DNA of 53,714 bases, counting the filler, from Jimgerdemannia flammicorona (taxonomy: Eukaryota), in the NCBI GenBank assembly GCA_003990765.1. It is 3 parts of 3 records of this genome, joined end to end, with 100 filler letters (N's around TTAATTAATTAA, not from the genome) between each part and the next. Parts side by side here need not be neighbours in the genome. Positions count along the whole stretch, not along the records: positions 35,880 to 53,714 come from RBNJ01002388.1; 2 more parts are not named here. The stretch is one strand, 5' to 3'. Of the stretch, positions 47,865-53,714 are shown in pieces; positions within the stretch are counted from its first letter, which is position 1, and the number at the start of each line of letters is the position of its first letter. The notes under the pieces were generated by a model, which searched no databases, was not told the DNA's origin, and worked only from the letters and a program-made list of their open reading frames with translations. The position numbers were made by a program, and so were the translations under genes.

Positions 47865-50800
47865 CAATCATATCAGTACCATTCAGGTTACACAACCTTT
47901 GGAAAGCACTTACAACATCGTTTTTGGAGAAAAGAGACTAACAATATAGTGACCAATAGGCAATCTGAGGTATGTACTGGGCAGGGTGGCTCAAGTACTT
48001 TTGACTGGCAGTAGGTGGGGAGGGGCCCAGGCCTGGGGGGGGGCATGAGGGGGGTGCTGGTGGGTGGATATAGAAGGGGTGGAGGTAGTGGTGCAGGCCA
48101 AGGGTCTGGGAGAGCGAGCTTTGTGGAGATGGTAAAGGGGAGATAGCAGGCATTAGGGCTGGAGGACTGGCTAAGGAAAGGCAAGGAGACTGAGAAGGTG
48201 GCAGTGCATGAGGAGTAGCCCTTGAAAGGGGGGGCAGTAGAGTTGGGGGAGTAGTGGCTGGGGGGAGTGTGACTGCTGATGGCAACAGGACTGCCAATCT
48301 GGAAAAAAATCCAGATATAATGGCTAATGGCAAGGCTGAGTGGCTGAGGCTTGGAAGATAAGGACATTTGGCAGATGGTATAATGGGCCTAGTGGTGGTC
48401 CTATTATTCAAAAAATCAATCTTGGTATTCATAGTTATACTGTACTTTTGGGGTCTAGTAGTGACAATGAAAATGATGCTGGGACTTATCACTAAGCAGG
48501 TGGCAGATACTGTATCGGTGAAGTTTTTGAAGGAACTAGAGGGAGTGGAGGTGGGTTTTGAGGAGGCTGGGTTACTAGAGAAGGTGCTGAAGATTGGATT
48601 GGTAGTTGGGAAGATGTATATTCCAATGGTATGTTGCCTGAAGTGAGATCCTAGAGTGGTCCAACTGTTGGTGAAAGGAGTGTCTATAGTGACAGCAGTG
48701 GAGACAAGAAGGAGAGTTGAGGAAGTTATGGCAGAATATGGAGAGGTAGTAGATATTGGATTCTGGGTCTAGGAAGGGACCTTACTCAGGATTGGTGATG
48801 TAAATATGAGAATTTGGCTGGCTGAGAAAGAAGCTACAGGAAGGTAAGAGACTGATCTTCAGTAATAGTCTGGGGAGTGATCTTGTACAAGGTGACTAGG
48901 ATGAAGGGAAGTGAGGAGGAGGAGGAGGATTTATTGGAGGTACTAGAAGAGTTGAGTGGGGCTGTAAAGTGGCAAGCAAAGGCATGGGAGGCCTTTGTAG
49001 TTGGAGATGGTGGATGGAAAGCAGATTTGAGTGGACAAGGAGCAGTGGGAAAGGGCTCAGGAGCATAAGAGATAGAGGGAGCTACTGGCTAAGCTGAAAA
49101 GCAGACCACTGGAGGATGCAAGTAAGATGAAGAGTACAGAGGGGGCCAAAGCAAGTGTCTGGGCTAGCGAGGGGATGGGAAGGCTGGGAAGATGACAGGG
49201 GAGGATAAGGAGAAGCCCAGTAATGACCCATATACTGATGGTATACTGGAGGTTTGAGAGGTAGACTGAGAGGACTCCTCTACCCCTACCCCTCTTATCA
49301 GACAAGGCCCAGCTTCCCAAAACAGAGTAGTGGAGGATGTGCCAATGTGAAGGGCCCAGAGAGTGCAATTCAGAGTCCCAGAGGTGACAAATGGGGGACA
49401 AGTGGTGGTGGCTGGAGAGGAGGAACTGGTGGATGTCCCAGAGGTATGGGATGAGTCTGCAAATGCTGGGGCTGACACCACAATGCTGGATAGAGGGAGA
49501 CTGGCAACTCTAGATGAGAAAGAGGTGGGGAACCTACTTTGGATATGCCAGATAATGAATAACCTGGCAGCAGAAGAGTTGGAGGAGGTGGACTTGAGAG
49601 TAATGAGTGATGAGTATTGGGTGCAGATACTGCAAGGAGATGGAGTGATGAAGACATTAAAGGCAGAAATTCTCATGGTATATCTGGAGGAGGAAGGGTA
49701 TGAGGTGGATAAGAAGAGGGAGGCAGAGATGGCAGTTGTTGCTGGAGAGAGGGCTGAGTACTGCTGGAACAAGCATCATGGATTGCAGCTCTGGCAGAAG
49801 ACCTGCCTAGAATACCAGGAGGAGTTTGAGGAGAAGGCAGATGGGAGATGAACAACCTACTGGCTGGATTGGAGGCTCAGAGGGCTGAAGAGGAGGAGGT
49901 GATTACAGAACATAATCTAGACATAGCACAGGAGAAGATGAATATAGAGCAGTAGAGATTGATTGATAACTTAATATATTTTATTATGAACAGTACAACT
50001 AACATTTTTTCTTTGAATGTGAATGGGTTACAGGGCACTGCTAGATGTAGGAACATTTTTACTTAGATGAATGGATTGGAGGCTGATCTCTTCCTCTTGC
50101 AGGATGTCAGGTATGAGGATGATTCTGATAGGATGGAATGGACAAAGGAATGGGGAGGTGTGGCGATTTGAAAGGGCAAGGTCAGGATTCTGGTTTCAGA
50201 AAGGTAGAGGGGAGATAAGGGACATAAGGAGTTGGGGGGAGAGACTGGTATGGGGTAAGTAGATTCATACAGGCTGGGAGCTAGTTACTGTTAGCTCCTG
50301 TTACTGTCCTGCTGTATGGGGTGAGCATGTAGATTGGGTGAAAGGTCTCCAGAAGAGTGGGATCCTTGCAGAGGCTGAGGTGGATATGCTTGGGAGAGAT
50401 TTCAATATGGTTCAGAATATATTGATGGATAGGACAGATGGAGGATGGGGTGCTGAGAGTAGAAGTAGAGGGCTGATGGCATGGGAGGAAGTTGAAAGAC
50501 TAAGTACACTGGTAGATGCTAGTAGGGAGTACTGGGGGGAAAGGAGGGTTTATACGTATTGGGTAGGAGGCCTGGGGACAAGGATCGACTGGATTCTGAC
50601 AGCCAGTTGCTGGGGCCTAGATGTTTGGAAATCGCTGGAGGTGGAATGGTGTCCATAGTTGAATCACTGGGAGCTTTTGGAACAGGGGTGCTTTGAGGGA
50701 AGTGGGGATGGGCCTGGACATTGGCACCTAAATTCCTCTTTGTTAGATGATAAAATCCAGTAAGATGAGTGAGCTAAAGACATTCAGCTGAGGGTGGAGA

Positions 50801-53714
50801 ACTGGCAACAGGAAGGTGCCTCAGTTGGGGTTCGATAGATGAGGATGAAGGAGATGGCTAAGATTTACTAGAGTGAGGCTGGCAAGGAGGCAGGGAAGCA
50901 GAGAAGGCAAAGAGTACATTAGACTTCTACTAGATTGGCAAGGCTCCTGGAGGAGTGGGTGAGGCTGATGATGTTGGAGGGAGAAGAAGATTGGAGATTA
51001 ATGAGAGTGAAGATGGAGATTGGGGAACTATAACAGGTACTGCAGGAAGAGGAAGAGGTGAGGGTACAAAGCTTGGTGGCATGGCTTCGTTGGCAGGATC
51101 TGGAGGAAGGGGAGAGGCCTTCCAAGTTTTTTATGAGGGCCCTTAGGGCCAGAAGGGTACAGCAATGGTGGGAAGGGGTACTTGACTCAGATGGTGTACT
51201 AGTGCATGGTGTATAGGATATTCTTGGATCATTGAAGGAGTAATGGAGTGGATTGTGGAGTGAGGAGGAGGGTGGGGCAGATGCTGCTGCCATTGACTGA
51301 ATATTGGAGAATTGGCACCCACTATAAGTAAAGAGGCTAGGTAATCTGGTGATGCCTATATAGGAGGATGAGATCTACTAGGTTCTTGCTATGACAATAT
51401 CAGATATGGTACCTGGGGAGGATGGTCTGCCCTGAGACTTCTGGAAGTGAATGGTTGGAGTCACAGGTATAATGGGAGAGATGACAGCATTGTGTGACTT
51501 TATCCTATAGATAGAGAGATGAGTGGGGGAGTAGGATCTTGGGCTGGTGATGCTGCTTTATAAGAACAAAAGAAGGCATGAGAATTAGAAGAACTGGCAA
51601 CCAATAATGTTGCTAGATATAGATAGAAAGTTGGTGACTAAGGTGGTGGTTGCAAGACTATAGAAGGTGGCCCAGCAAGTCATATGTGTTGAGCAGAGGG
51701 GATTTGTGAGTGATCAGCTCATTAGGGATGACACAGTCTGGATATATAGAGTTATTGAAGGGGCAAGGGCCTGTGGACTGGATGGATATCTAGTCTTCTT
51801 AGACCAGGAGAAGGCTTATGACTGGGTACAATGAGTCTGGCTGACAAAGGTATTGGATAGAATGGGGGTACCATACCAATTTCAGTCAGCAATAGTCAGC
51901 CTACTGAAAGGGAGTAGGGCTGTACTCATGTGTCATAGATATAGAGGGGTAGCATTCCCCTTGGGAAGGAGGGTGCTCCAGGGGGACCCACTGTCCCTCA
52001 TTTTGTATGCTCTTTCTCTGGAGCCCCTAATAGATAGGATTAGGTGGAGGATAGTAGAGCTCTCTGTCTTTGACATCAGGTGGAAAGTTGGGGCCTTTGC
52101 AGATAACATGGTAGTTGGTTTGGGATCGATTGCTGATATTGAGAATCTCAAGAAGACAGTGGAGTAGTATGAGGAGAACTCTGGGGCTAAGCTGAATTGG
52201 TACAAGTGTGAAATGATGGTGCTAGGCAACAGCCTGGTGGAAGGAGAGATTATAGGAACAATTGTCCCCACTGGTGAGACAGTACAGTACTTGGGTATCT
52301 ATTTGTCAGTCTATGGGTCAGTTCTGCCTAGGCTTTAGTGGAAGCAGAGGATTGGAGTCTGGGAGGAAGCTCTGTGGGGTTGGAGGGAAAGATACTTCTC
52401 TCTGGTGGGGCAGGTCTCAATTTTGAATGTCTATTGGCTGCCGAAGTTATAGTATCTGGCTTATTATCTGGACTTCCCAGCCTGGGTGGTGAAGAGATTG
52501 GTGAAGTTGGCAAAGGGATGGATTTGGGCTAGCAGATGGAGTCAAATTAGTTGGGAGACCTTATCCTTACCAGTGGTAAGAGGTGGTCTTGGGCTGGTTG
52601 ACTTTCCAAAATAGCTACACTGCTTGAGAGTATGGTGGCTAAAGAGGGCAGTGGAGTTGAGTGGAGGTGGTTGAGTTCCCCTACTGCAGAAGATCTGAGA
52701 GAGACAGTCATTACCAAGAGGCTCGACTGGTGATCTCCTCTCATTGGTTGGACTTCAGAGCACTGAACAACTATGATATAAAGGATTTTGGTGGAGGATA
52801 GTGGAAGGGGTGCACTGTATTGGAATTTGTTGGCAGGGGAATGAAGGAGAGATAGCTTGGGACCCAGTGATGTAGAGATGGGATCATATACTGCTGAGTG
52901 GTGTACCTTTAATTGAGTTCGACATTGGTGATAGAATGGAGTGCCAAAGGGGACCAGGCCAGAATCTGTGGCCTAGCAGTTGGCAAGGAGTTAGAATTGG
53001 AAAAGAGTAGAACTAGCATAGTGTTTGGACCTGGAGTGCTGCAGTGAGGAAGTGGATACCATCAAAGTACTGGGTGGTCTGGTGGTATATACTATAGAGG
53101 AATATAATGCTCAACTTCTACTCAGGGCACCTTATCATAGAGAGGTGCTTCAACTGTAAGGAGTATCATAATGTAGGGCAGGAAGGGGGTTATGTACAGA
53201 TGCCAGAATATTGGCTAGGAGAGTGTGAGATGTTGGGAGACTTTTGGTAGACTATTGGAGATTGCTTGGGGGTAAGGTGTAGGAGAGATGAAGTATGGGG
53301 GAGGTGGGAGGACTTGAGGGATCAATTGGTAGAGGGGGTAGGAAAGAAGTGGCTTACTTTAGGCTGGGCTTTGGCTATTTGGATGGGGCTGGCCAGTCAC
53401 TGGCTATTTGTTTTTGAGGATGGAAGGAGACAGGGCTTGAAGGACTAGTTGTTGTAGTGGCAGAGTCTTATGGAAGATACCTTGACAGGCTGGTGGCTTG
53501 GTTGGGGACTGTAGGGTGGTTGGAGGCACCACTTAGTGGAGAAAATCTGTAGATAGAGTGGGGGGAGAGTTGGAGTAGTTGGTGAGAGGGTAATCTTTAT
53601 TCATGAGGAGGAGGGGAGAGACTCCCCTATGGAGATTGGGTAGTGGGTGGTGATAATGTATACTTATAAATAATAAATAAACTGGTAATAAAGATAGAGT
53701 CCAAGTGACTATAA
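47865..53714 (+). mobile_element. L1/Tx1-like LINE copy 5, full length and decayed; window ends at the start of its poly(A)
   Basis: 5' UTR resembles copies 1/2 (CATTCAGGT.ACACAA); ORF2 ATG at 49986; QGDPLS, FADN; ends AATAAAG...AGTCCAAGTGACTATAA like copy 1. Confidence 0.92.

Overview
Eukaryotic, fungal-style genomic DNA (short GT-AG introns of 83-115 nt; an early-diverging fungus is plausible but cannot be shown from sequence), assembled across two artificial N-gaps. Most of the window is nested transposable elements: five copies of a G-rich L1/Tx1-like LINE (ORF1 + APE endonuclease-RT ORF2), two copies of a Ty3/Gypsy LTR retrotransposon, a probable solo LTR, a hAT-like fold-back MITE and heavily C-to-T/G-to-A decayed relics. 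The Gypsy pol carries a Cys-rich segment, an F-box-like motif and a dUTPase between protease and RT, and has an extra ORF after integrase. The one intact host gene (43655-47596, minus, 9 exons, ~1060 aa) has a PARP14-like layout: RRM, KH-like, Macro, polyQ-split WWE, KH-like, ADP-ribosyltransferase with an H-Y-I triad. The most striking non-coding feature is a canonical type III hammerhead ribozyme (1388-1445, minus). It sits between a TACTAAC branch point and a YAG acceptor of a putative GTATGT intron, and a competing 8-bp helix encloses it, suggesting a cleavage-versus-splicing switch.
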